DNA from: a virus | Length of the DNA: 43,451 bases | Direction: 5' to 3' (one strand) | IMG/VR virus record: IMGVR_UViG_3300005468_000007 | Part shown: positions 1-8,454 of the stretch, in pieces | How the letters are laid out: each line of letters begins with the position of its first letter | Position numbering within the stretch: the first letter of the stretch is position 1 | Program-made: the position numbers and the translations under genes | Notes under the pieces: model-generated | What the model was told of the DNA's origin: nothing | The model's database searches: none | The model's input: only the letters and a program-made list of their open reading frames with translations

Positions 1-110
1 AGGTCGGCTTGCCGGTCGTCGTGCCCTCGAAGACGCCCCATTCCTTGAGGTCGTAGATGTTGGTGGCGAGGATTACGTCCTCAGCCGTAACGGGGTCGAG
101 GAAGGTCAGG
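1..110. repeat. Terminal overlap copy 1 (identical to 43342..43451); circularisation junction
   Basis: Read base by base: 1..110 equals 43342..43451 exactly. A tail ORF is continuous and in frame across the join. Confidence 0.95.
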
Positions 111-1078
111 TGCGGAATTGCGAAGCTCGACGGCTCGATACTCCCCCCCGAACCTGTCGTGTAGTTCAGGAGCGGCGCAGCCCGTGAGAGGACGTTTGCA
201 ACGACATCTGAGGCCAGGTAGCCGTCGGTCGGTGCGGTGCCCGAGGTGTTCAGGCCGTGGTTGCCGTAGAGGGTCAGATGGCGAACGGTGTGCAGGAAGG
301 AAGCGCCTGCGTCTCCCCCGGGCGTATGGTCGGGGTACATCTGGAAGACAAAGAACCGCCGCGCGGTGGCTGGCGTGAAGGTTCCCGCCACGGCGCCGCT
401 CGCGGCTAGGTTGGCGCTTGAAACGCTAGCGGTAAGCACGTCATCGCTTGACGACCTGAAATCTGCTACCCACGTACCTACGGCATTCCCCGAGGGCAGA
501 AAGTCGTAGTAGCAAAAGGCGATCGCCAGGCCCGGGCCAGAGTCGTACCACGCCTCGACTATCGGCACATATGGGGCGCCCCAGACGTCCTGAAGCTGGC
601 ATTGGATGGAGGGGAGCCCGGTCGTGGTGTCGGGGGTCACGCTGAAGTCGGTGACCCGACTATTACCGCCCAGCAAGTTTTGCCGCCGCTGGGCCGACAT
701 CGGTATCCAGTGGGAAAGGTCGCGGTCGATGTAGACCTCGCGGAAGCTGGCGTCGTCCTTTAGGTGCGCCGCCCAGCCAACGGCCGCCACGTTTGCCCCG
801 AAGGCATCGCCGTGGGAGCGGGGCAAATCCTGCACGCGTCCCTCCCAGGCCGTCTCGTTGCCTTGACCCAAGACCGTGATCGTGTCGAGGAGGTTCAGGT
901 CGGGGTAGTCGAAGCCAATGTCCCGGGGTAAGGAAAGCGAGCAATCCTTGAAGCCCCCGGGTATGGCCGTTGAGAAGGTCAGCCCCGCCGGAATGTCTTT
1001 GCCGTCGGAGGCATCGCTTGCCCAGCGCGAGACGTTTCCCGAGGCATCGGTTATCGAAACCGCGAGGCGGTCGTCCAG
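1..1078 (-). CDS. Minor tail protein (tail tip/baseplate-like), 5' portion; continues from 43341 down to 42761 (552 aa in total)
   Basis: Hand translation from CTG 1076..1078 gives LDDRLAVSITDASGNVSRW... An in-frame TAG lies at 1097..1099 and a GGGAAGG Shine-Dalgarno at 1087..1093. 1078 + 581 nt = 1659 nt = 553 codons across the junction. The gene lies downstream of the tape measure and the large tail protein. Confidence 0.7.
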   Translation of the reverse strand, partial: MDDRLAVSITDASGNVSRWASDASDGKDIPAGLTFSTAIPGGFKDCSLSLPRDIGFDYPDLNLLDTITVLGQGNETAWEGRVQDLPRSHGDAFGANVAAVGWAAHLKDDASFREVYIDRDLSHWIPMSAQRRQNLLGGNSRVTDFSVTPDTTTGLPSIQCQLQDVWGAPYVPIVEAWYDSGPGLAIAFCYYDFLPSGNAVGTWVADFRSSSDDVLTASVSSANLAASGAVAGTFTPATARRFFVFQMYPDHTPGGDAGASFLHTVRHLTLYGNHGLNTSGTAPTDGYLASDVVANVLSRAAPLLNYTTGSGGSIEPSSFAIPHLTFLDPVTAEDVILATNIYDLKEWGVFEGTTTGKPT

Positions 1079-1109
1079 TGTCTTTACCTTCCCGTGCTAG
1101 GCTCCCTGC

Positions 1110-1241
1110 GTGATTCTGTTTGCGGTGGTGCTAGAGATGCTTGCTGGGGCGCTGAGGCTGCTTGCTGAGGTCGTCGTGGCGATCTACCAGTGGGCCAAGA
1201 AGGCGTGGGATCGTCGCCAAGCTGCGCGCGCTGCTGCCTAG
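1110..1241 (+). CDS. Candidate 43-aa hydrophobic micro-ORF, antisense to the tail operon
   Basis: Hand translation from GTG 1110: VILFAVVLEMLAGALRLLAEVVVAIYQWAKKAWDRRQAARAAA, stop TAG 1239..1241. It fills the 1100..1242 gap between two minus-strand tail genes almost exactly. 30 of 43 codons end in G/C. No clear Shine-Dalgarno. Confidence 0.25.
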   Translation: MILFAVVLEMLAGALRLLAEVVVAIYQWAKKAWDRRQAARAAA

Positions 1242-1242
1242 A

Positions 1243-4200
1243 TCAGACCTCTGGAATCTTGTGGTAGCGGGGCTGGTACTTGATCGTGTAGGCGAGATCG
1301 TCGATGTTCGGGTCGGTCATGGTCGTCGGGTCATTTCGGCAGCCCTTGACGATCGCTCGGAGTGACCTCCCTTCCCTACCCGCTGGCGGCACTAGGAACA
1401 GGTCACCCTTGTAGCTTGTGACGGGCGTCCAGTAGGACGCTGAGGAGTCCTGGCGGATTACCTTGTCGTAGCGAGCTTCGAGTTGCTGCGAAGCGAATAT
1501 CGCGGCGTCGGTGGGAGGAATCCATGCAGCGAAGTTGTCGTAGTTGCGGGTCGCGGCGTCGCTTATGAGCTCGTCTGCGAAGCCGATCTGACCACTGGCA
1601 GGAATCGCTCCGACGCTGCCCTGGCCGATGAGCGTGGGACTAGCGTTGGCGGCGCCGAAGTAGACAAGCCACTTGCCTGAGGCAAAGACGACCAGATACA
1701 TCGTGTAGAAGTTTCCGGTGCTGACCGGCACCGTCTTCGCTGGCAGCAGGACGGTCGTTGTTCCGCCGATCACTTGATTGACGGTTATCGCGGGCGTTCC
1801 CCACGCGAGGCTCGCGTAGATGTAGTTGCTGCTGTCCTGGTAGCGCGCGATGAGCCAGCTGAAGGGACCGTTAGCGGTCGTGCCAAGGGCCGAGGTCTTC
1901 ATATCAAGGCGGGCGACCGTATCGGTGAGAGCCACCGTACCGGCAATGGCGAAGCGAGGCTGCGCATCGCCCGACTTCGATCTCTGCGCCGTGTGGCCGC
2001 CGCTTTCTACAGCTATGTCGGTTGCGGCCCCGCTGGTGGCCCACGTCTGTCCTGTCGCATCCGTGTAGTAGACCGTGATGCGAATGTGGTCGATATTGGC
2101 CACCGTACCGGGGTGACTGTGGCCCCCAAAAGCTGAGTTCGCTCGAATAGCAAAGCCAAAGTTCGAGGCGTTTATGTCGTTGACGAGTGTGACGCCCGTG
2201 TCAGTAATTCCCCAAAGGTCATTCGCCGAACCATAAGACTGATAGGCAACCCCCTGGTATGGCCAAGGTGCTGACAGGTTGCTGCGGTCGGCCGATTGGA
2301 TGGTGCCACCCTTCACGATGCGGACGGCCAGGTCTGCCACGGTCGCCGTCCCGACGCTTTCGTAGCGAGCAACATCAACCACGATTCCCGTCACCGTGGC
2401 TGTTGAGGGCACCGCGAAGCCGAAATTGGTTGCCTTCAGGTAGTGGCTCGTATCTCCCTCATTTTGGAAGGTCGCGGATGCGAAGTTCTGATCCAGGGCG
2501 CCCGCGTTGGTTGGGCTTGACCAAGCCGTGTTTCCGGCAGAGGAGTCGTCCACGAAGGTTCCACCGTTTCGCGGACCCGCCACCAAACCCGCCGCACCAA
2601 GCGACAGGTTGCCCAAGTTTCCCGCAGCCTGGTTGAAGGCGTCCTGCTCAGAAACGGTTGTCGGCTGGGCAAGCTGGGGCGCGACCCGAACCACTCCCGA
2701 ACCCTCGTTGACCGGTACAAGGAAAAGGTAGTCAATGTCGATGGTGTCGCCAGGGATTGTGGAGCGCGCGAGGATGCGTCCCTCCCAGCGCTGCGGTCCT
2801 TCAACTGCCTTTGTAGGGTGAACCTGGCCGAGGTCGAGAAGGCACCATGAGGCTTGCCGATTGTCTGAGGCGACAAAGGATCGCGGGGTGTTGGTGGTGG
2901 TTCTGCGAAAGTCGCCCTCAGCCCATTGCAACGCAACGTCGACCGCTCCAGTGTTGCCACCTCGAGACATCACGCGCGCGAAGACCCTGTAGTCACCGAT
3001 ATGCGATAGGTGCGGGCCACCGGGGCTGGCCTGCGTCGAAAGGATCGCAGAGTAGTTCGTCAACAGCGGGCCGGAACGGACGACGTTGCTGCCGCTGCCC
3101 GAGGGCGTTGCGGTTCCAACCGCTGTCGCCGCCGAACCGAGTGGGGTCAGGTTCTCTGCCTCCCAATAGAGCGCAGCGCTGGCCGCCGAATCGTAATAGC
3201 GGGACTGGATGCCCCAGAGCAAATACCACTGGTCGGCGCCCGAGTTCTCCTGAACGATGAGGCGCCCGAGAGCAGAAGCGTCGCCCTTGATGCCCGCGTC
3301 CACGCCGATCACCGCTGGGAGGCTTGTCTCGGAGTGGGTCGGCAGGGTGATTTCCGGCCCTCGGCCCCAAGGCTTTGCGGTGAGGGTAACGTTGCAGGTC
3401 GTCTTCAGCGCCCGGAGGTAGCTGACGTCGAGTTCGCCGTCGAGGTTCGTGTCGAGAATGTCAAAGGTGACCAGTTCCCCTGAGGGCGGCCGCAGCCGAA
3501 GCGTTCCGCCCTCCCGGTCGATCTTCTGCAAGGACTTCTGAAGGTCGGTGATGATCCCCTTTAGGCGCTGGCCGCCGGGTGCCTTGCGCGCAGAGGTAGA
3601 GCCTTGGTGCGCGCCGGTCCAGCTACAGCCAGGAGTGTCTCCGTCGAAATAAGCCGTGACGGTCGAGGATGCCTCGAGGCATGCCCCAGTGGTGTAGGCG
3701 GTGGTAGCCCCCGCCCCTACCTGCTCCAGCCCAACTTGCCAAGTCGCGGAGGAGTCAGCGGTAAAGGTGACGGAGTACCGCGCCCAGCTTCCAGCGGTGG
3801 TAATTGTGGGCGAATCTGCCCTGAGCGTCGGGGTCGCGTTGTAGACCGAGAGCCTTACGCCGTTGGCGGTATTGGCACCCAAATAGACATAGGCCGCGAA
3901 GGTGTATGTCGTGCCGTTCGTGACCGGAACGCTCGCATAGGCGCGCTGGGCGTTTGCGGAGCCGATGCAGCGGAGGGCGGTGTCGGAGCCCGGTTCGTGG
4001 ACACTGATCGGCAGTCCCGCGGTGTCCAGAATCGCCCTGTCCATCGTGGAGAGACTTGAGTTCGTCCAGCCCGTCGTGTCGATCGCGCAGTCCGGGTTGG
4101 TGACGAGATTGGTCGATGCGGGGTCGGAGGGTTCCGCTAGGCGAAGCTCAAGCTTTATGTCGCGGATGTCCCGTGACTTGGAGGGGCGCGAGGCGCCCTC

Positions 4201-4365
4201 GGTGTCGATCGACCGCGCCCACAGCGCGCGGGATTCGGCCGGCGGGTATTCCTGCTTCATCAGCAAGATTCCCCCGCCCAGCGAACCATCCGGGCTCGAG
4301 AGCTCAAGCGGAGAGTTGGCGCTGTTCTCTATGGCGTTGTCGAGGGTGAGCCGGAAGCCGCTCAA
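1243..4365 (-). CDS. Large minor tail / receptor-binding protein with carbohydrate-binding-module-like and ConA/LamG-like lectin regions
   Basis: 1040-aa ORF directly after the tape measure (TTGA overlap at 4362..4365). CBM_4_9-like stretch NLVTNPDCAIDTTGWT...YTFAAYVYLG...WARYSVTF. C-terminal LamG-like stretch SNYIYASLAW...FYTMYLVVFASGKWLVYFG. Confidence 0.7.
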   Translation of the reverse strand: MSGFRLTLDNAIENSANSPLELSSPDGSLGGGILLMKQEYPPAESRALWARSIDTEGASRPSKSRDIRDIKLELRLAEPSDPASTNLVTNPDCAIDTTGWTNSSLSTMDRAILDTAGLPISVHEPGSDTALRCIGSANAQRAYASVPVTNGTTYTFAAYVYLGANTANGVRLSVYNATPTLRADSPTITTAGSWARYSVTFTADSSATWQVGLEQVGAGATTAYTTGACLEASSTVTAYFDGDTPGCSWTGAHQGSTSARKAPGGQRLKGIITDLQKSLQKIDREGGTLRLRPPSGELVTFDILDTNLDGELDVSYLRALKTTCNVTLTAKPWGRGPEITLPTHSETSLPAVIGVDAGIKGDASALGRLIVQENSGADQWYLLWGIQSRYYDSAASAALYWEAENLTPLGSAATAVGTATPSGSGSNVVRSGPLLTNYSAILSTQASPGGPHLSHIGDYRVFARVMSRGGNTGAVDVALQWAEGDFRRTTTNTPRSFVASDNRQASWCLLDLGQVHPTKAVEGPQRWEGRILARSTIPGDTIDIDYLFLVPVNEGSGVVRVAPQLAQPTTVSEQDAFNQAAGNLGNLSLGAAGLVAGPRNGGTFVDDSSAGNTAWSSPTNAGALDQNFASATFQNEGDTSHYLKATNFGFAVPSTATVTGIVVDVARYESVGTATVADLAVRIVKGGTIQSADRSNLSAPWPYQGVAYQSYGSANDLWGITDTGVTLVNDINASNFGFAIRANSAFGGHSHPGTVANIDHIRITVYYTDATGQTWATSGAATDIAVESGGHTAQRSKSGDAQPRFAIAGTVALTDTVARLDMKTSALGTTANGPFSWLIARYQDSSNYIYASLAWGTPAITVNQVIGGTTTVLLPAKTVPVSTGNFYTMYLVVFASGKWLVYFGAANASPTLIGQGSVGAIPASGQIGFADELISDAATRNYDNFAAWIPPTDAAIFASQQLEARYDKVIRQDSSASYWTPVTSYKGDLFLVPPAGREGRSLRAIVKGCRNDPTTMTDPNIDDLAYTIKYQPRYHKIPEV

Positions 4366-7300
4366 TATCTAGCGGTTCCACCCGCATAGCTCGGACTCTG
4401 GAAACCGAGCCCGATCTTGCCCCCAAGTTGGCCGCTGGCGACGTCGGCGATCGCTTGTTTGAGAACCATTAGATTCGACTGGCTGACGTTGTACTTGTTC
4501 TGCGTGTTCTGGACGAGAATCTTGAGGTTGTCAGCGATGACCTGAAGCTGTGCAAGCTGCTCTGCCTGAAGCTGGGCCTGGGTCTGGTCGTCCGGGGTCG
4601 CCCCGGTTCCATCGGCTGCGGGGAACAGGCCCGCCTCAAAGGTGGCGAGCGCGTGTTGCGCCTTTAGCTTCTTCTGTTTTGCCGCCTTGAGCTTTTGCTG
4701 CGCGGCGTGGCGCCTTTTTCCCTTCGCGTGTTTTGCGACCCGCTGTGCTGCCTGTAGGGCATGCGAGGCCGTGGGAATTGCCGCCTCCAGGGTCGCAAGG
4801 TGCTCGTCGTCTGTCGAGGAGGGTGTTGCTAGGACCGCTGCGTGGGCCGGGGCGCTAAGTGCTGCGAGGGTGTCCGCGAGGCTCATGTCCGGGCCGCCTG
4901 CGGTTGTACCTCGAAGCGTTACGGCCGGAATGTCGTTTCCGGTGCCGCCCGTGTCTCCCGCTGCGGCGCCGCCCGTCTTGCCGCCTCCCTTTTGGGCGCC
5001 CACGTCTATCGCGCCAAGGTTCTTGGAAATCGTTACCAAGCCTAGGCCCGATATGCCCAACTTGGCGGCCGTCTGATACCAAAGGTCAATGGCCCGGTGG
5101 TGGCCCTGCACCGGGCCGCCGCCCGCGCCGATATCAAGTTTCTCGGCAATAACCGACTTGCCGCCGTGCGTGATCTTGAGTTTCTGCTTGTAGGGCAATG
5201 AGCCGAGCGCGAGGCCCATGTCGAGCTCGGCATAGGCCATCTTGCCGGGGAGGTGGTCGCCCCGATAACCGACCGTGCCGGTGCTGGGGTCGCCTGGGCC
5301 GCCGAAGACGGAAGCGCCAACTAGACCGCCCTTCTGGAACCCTGGGGCCGCGGGTTGTCCCGCGCGGCCCATTATGGCGCCGACCGCCCCCGGCGTCTTA
5401 GCGACTGGAACGTGACGGACAGCCATTCCGGCCCGTGAGTTGTAGGGAAGTCGGCCGAAGCCGCCGCCGGGGTTCGATGCGCTAGTCCCATAGCCCGTCC
5501 CCCCGATCGACCCGAAAACGTGGCTCGGGCTGGCATAGATAGTGACTGGTCCCTTGCCCGGTTGGAACATGCCCATGAAGCTGCCTGAGGTGACCGGGGC
5601 CTTTATCAGGTGTGGTGCGGCTTCGTGGATCAACTCCGACCAAGCGCCCGAGCAGTCCCAAGCGCCGTCCTTCGAGAAGCTACCGTGGCCGCCGCCCCAG
5701 AGATAGGGCTTGTGGAGTGCAGCCATTCGCTCCGCAGCACGCTTGAACGCCGCCACGTTGCCTGCGCCGCCGCCCATCTTGGCGATGTAGGCATTGGCCG
5801 CAGCCTCAGCTTGGTTCACACCGCCCTGCGCGATGTTCTGAAGCGGGCCGGAACCTGAAACTACTATTGGCGCTAGTTGTCCGGCGACTGGACCGCCTTG
5901 AGCGAAACGGGGAATGGCCTTGTTGACCGCGGCGAGGACGGTCGGGCCAATCTGCGCGACCGCGTTCTTGTTGAGAACGAACTCACCCGGCTCAAGCATC
6001 GCCGGAACGATGTCCCCCACGGCGAAACCGGGGATCTGCCCGCCACGCTGAATACCCAAAATCCCCCCGAGAATACCCGCGGGGCTGGGAATGTTGCCGA
6101 GGCTAATGTTGGGGATCGCGTTCTTCAGCGCCCCAAACGCTGAGACGACCTTGCTCACCGCGTTTACGATCCACTGCAATGCTCCCTTCACCGCGTTAGC
6201 CATTGAGGAGACGGCGCTAGCTATTCCACCGGCAACCCCCCTGATCGCGCGGCCAAAGTTCTGAAACGCGCCCTTGGCGGCATTAACGCCACCGGTAAAG
6301 GTGTTCCCGATGAACTTCCAAGCATCGGTGAGGGGCTGTGACATCCAGTTGCCGATTGACTTGGCGACGGCGCCGATCTGATGCCCAAAGAGCTTCCAGG
6401 CGGCAAGGATGGGAATCGTCGGAGCAACCGCTATTGCCGTCAGCCCCACAAAACCAAGTTTGAGTGCATTACCCAAGCCGCCCAGAACCCCAGAGCCGAA
6501 CGAAGCCCCCGGCGTAGCAATGTTGGTCACCTTTCTGAGTGCGTTCTGAAAGCCCTTGTCCTGTAACAGTTGCGCGGCGCCGAGGGTAACCATGCCAAGC
6601 GCGAAAGCCTTGCCGAAACTCCCACCAGCCCTTCCGCCCTCCCTGCTGAAAGCGCCAACACCGCCAAACTTGCTTAAAAGCCAACCACCGACGATTAACT
6701 GCCCCCACACGGGGGCCGCGACGAAGCCCTTGACGAAAGCGGCGGCAATCTTCGGCGCGTTTGTCGCGAACGAGGAGGCAATCGCCGTCGCCCAGACGGT
6801 TGCGAACTGTGTCAGCTGCGGAGCGACCTTGGAGAAGTCCTTGAGCAGGACGTCCGTGATTTGCTTCCACTTCTGGCCCCAGGTGAGGTTCGGAGAGCGC
6901 ATGATCTGCGCAAATGCGCTCATCTGCTTGGAGGCAGCCATGAGGGCCGGCGTGATCGCCTGCGTAAAGCTGACTTGGAGGCCCAGCGTCGAGAGCTTGA
7001 GATTGATCTGGGCCTTGCGGAGCTCCTCCATCTTCTTCAGGCCGAGGTCTGAGAAGGAGGCGCCGAGCTTGTCGGCGGTCTTCATCTGATCCTGCATGGC
7101 CTTGGAACCCTGGCCCAGAATCGGCGAGAGGGTGGCGAAGGAACGCCCGAAGAGCTTGCCCGTGATCGCTGTCTTGTCGAGGCCGGGGCCGAGCTTGTTG
7201 AGCCCGTCCGAGACCTTGCCGAGTATTACCTGGGCACCATCGGGGGCCGAGAGGGAGGCGGCTAGCTCCTTCTGCGAGACCCCAAGCTTGGTGAACTGCT

Positions 7301-7862
7301 CCGAGGCGGACTTGGAACCCTTTGCCCCCTGTTCGATCTGGGAGGCAAACGTCTTCATCGACGTTGCTAGCTGCTGCTGTGAACCCCCGCGGGCAGAGAC
7401 AAGGGCAGAGAGCTCGGAGGCCGACTTCACCGAGAGGCCGAGGTTCTGGTGAAGGAGTTGCGTGGACTTGGCGAGGCCCTCGGTGGCCGTGACGGCGCTG
7501 CGGGCCTGGGAGATCCCTAGGTAAGCAGCCCCCGCGGCCCCGGCGAAGACTGCGCTGCGGGCCAGGGAGGCGCCCAGCCCCGTTGTCGCGGTGGTGAGCC
7601 GCCTAGAGGACTGCTCGGCCTCTCCGTGGGTCTTGGAGAGCTTCTGGTTCTCCTCCGAGAGCTTGCGGGCCTGGCCGGCGGTAATGCCAAGCTGCGCGCC
7701 GGCCTGTTGGTAGGAGGCGTTGGCGCTGCCGAGAGCGCCTACCTGGCGTCGTGCAGCCTGCTCAACGCTCGTCAGCCCAGCCTCTACCTGCCGGGTGCCT
7801 CGCATGAGGCTGGCGGTATCAGCGTCGAAGAAGAAGCGGACGCGGCCGCCTCTGCTAGCCAT
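4362..7862 (-). CDS. Tape measure protein with embedded NlpC/P60-like and RlpA/DPBB-like cell-wall hydrolase domains
   Basis: 1166 aa, Ala/Gly/Lys/Gln-rich with hydrophobic glycine-zipper stretches, located after the tail chaperones. Motifs YLWGGGH...WDCSGAWSELIH (about 5400..5730) and ASVFGGPGDPSTGTVGYRGD...GKSVIAEKLDIGAGG...AIDLWYQTAAKLG (about 5040..5330). Confidence 0.9.
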   Translation of the reverse strand: MASRGGRVRFFFDADTASLMRGTRQVEAGLTSVEQAARRQVGALGSANASYQQAGAQLGITAGQARKLSEENQKLSKTHGEAEQSSRRLTTATTGLGASLARSAVFAGAAGAAYLGISQARSAVTATEGLAKSTQLLHQNLGLSVKSASELSALVSARGGSQQQLATSMKTFASQIEQGAKGSKSASEQFTKLGVSQKELAASLSAPDGAQVILGKVSDGLNKLGPGLDKTAITGKLFGRSFATLSPILGQGSKAMQDQMKTADKLGASFSDLGLKKMEELRKAQINLKLSTLGLQVSFTQAITPALMAASKQMSAFAQIMRSPNLTWGQKWKQITDVLLKDFSKVAPQLTQFATVWATAIASSFATNAPKIAAAFVKGFVAAPVWGQLIVGGWLLSKFGGVGAFSREGGRAGGSFGKAFALGMVTLGAAQLLQDKGFQNALRKVTNIATPGASFGSGVLGGLGNALKLGFVGLTAIAVAPTIPILAAWKLFGHQIGAVAKSIGNWMSQPLTDAWKFIGNTFTGGVNAAKGAFQNFGRAIRGVAGGIASAVSSMANAVKGALQWIVNAVSKVVSAFGALKNAIPNISLGNIPSPAGILGGILGIQRGGQIPGFAVGDIVPAMLEPGEFVLNKNAVAQIGPTVLAAVNKAIPRFAQGGPVAGQLAPIVVSGSGPLQNIAQGGVNQAEAAANAYIAKMGGGAGNVAAFKRAAERMAALHKPYLWGGGHGSFSKDGAWDCSGAWSELIHEAAPHLIKAPVTSGSFMGMFQPGKGPVTIYASPSHVFGSIGGTGYGTSASNPGGGFGRLPYNSRAGMAVRHVPVAKTPGAVGAIMGRAGQPAAPGFQKGGLVGASVFGGPGDPSTGTVGYRGDHLPGKMAYAELDMGLALGSLPYKQKLKITHGGKSVIAEKLDIGAGGGPVQGHHRAIDLWYQTAAKLGISGLGLVTISKNLGAIDVGAQKGGGKTGGAAAGDTGGTGNDIPAVTLRGTTAGGPDMSLADTLAALSAPAHAAVLATPSSTDDEHLATLEAAIPTASHALQAAQRVAKHAKGKRRHAAQQKLKAAKQKKLKAQHALATFEAGLFPAADGTGATPDDQTQAQLQAEQLAQLQVIADNLKILVQNTQNKYNVSQSNLMVLKQAIADVASGQLGGKIGLGFQSPSYAGGTARY

Positions 7863-8432
7863 CTAGCTCCTCAGGAACCTTGTCGAAGGTATTGCCTTTC
7901 GGAGGACGCTCGTTCTCGTCCTGGTTGGTCTGCTTGGCGACTTCTAGGAGCAACTCGCGCTCCCATGCGGGTATGGAATGACGGGCCTCCAGGGCTGAGA
8001 TGCCGAAGTGAGAACGGAGGAGGACGATCTCCGTTATCTCGTCTTCGGTTAGGTAGGGCGGTCGAGCTCGCCGAGCAGTTCGTCCTCGGGGCCCTTGTTC
8101 GCCTCGCCGATCTCGCGCGAAAGGTCGAAATAGAGTCCCAAGACCTGCCGGGGTGTTAGTTCCTCCGCGTCCCATTTGGCCTTCAGGACCGTGGAGGGTT
8201 TTTGCTTGCCATCGTCCGCTGGGGCGAGAACGGTGTCGAACCAGTCCCACATCAAACGGGTGGCCTCTGCGTCGGAGTCCGCGAGGTCCGCGTTGTCGCT
8301 CACGCCCCGCAACCCTTCCGTGATCTTGGTGAGGTGCTTGGCTTTCGAGTCGGGCAGGTCTACGGAGTGAAACAGATGGCCGAACAGTTCGACCTCCACG
8401 GTGTTGTAGGCCCGCAGGGTGACCTTGGACAA
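7855..8432 (-). CDS. Tail assembly chaperone frameshift product (gpGT-like, -1 slip at 8088..8094)
   Basis: The frame of ORF 7855..8250 is -1 relative to 8049..8432. After the slip it reads ..ANKG|PRGRTARRARPPYLTEDEITEIVLLRSHFG.. and ends 8 nt inside the tape measure start. Confidence 0.55.
8049..8432 (-). CDS. Tail assembly chaperone (gpG-like)
   Basis: 127-aa acidic ORF between the tail tube and the tape measure. It overlaps a -1 frame ORF that runs into the tape measure start. Confidence 0.7.
   Translation of the reverse strand: MSKVTLRAYNTVEVELFGHLFHSVDLPDSKAKHLTKITEGLRGVSDNADLADSDAEATRLMWDWFDTVLAPADDGKQKPSTVLKAKWDAEELTPRQVLGLYFDLSREIGEANKGPEDELLGELDRPT
8088..8094 (-). promoter_or_regulatory. 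Candidate -1 programmed frameshift heptamer G_GGC_CCC
   Basis: The minus strand reads GGGCCCC with GGC (8091..8093) and CCC (8088..8090) in the zero frame of the chaperone. This fits X_XXY_YYZ and lies 13 codons before its stop. Confidence 0.45.
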
Positions 8433-8454
8433 CGGGACTCCTTTCGCTAGGGGG

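Noticed and set aside
1-110. The terminal repeat considered as a genuine DTR, an LTR, or the ends of a mobile element.
   Set aside because: It is a direct, not inverted, repeat. It lies inside a tail gene that is only intact when the ends are joined, so it is best explained as an assembly overlap of a circular or circularly permuted molecule.
2436-3483. Multiple 125-174-aa ORFs on both strands inside the 1040-aa tail gene.
   Set aside because: They are nested in a long ORF with clear lectin/CBM-like motifs, and all have shadow-frame compositions.
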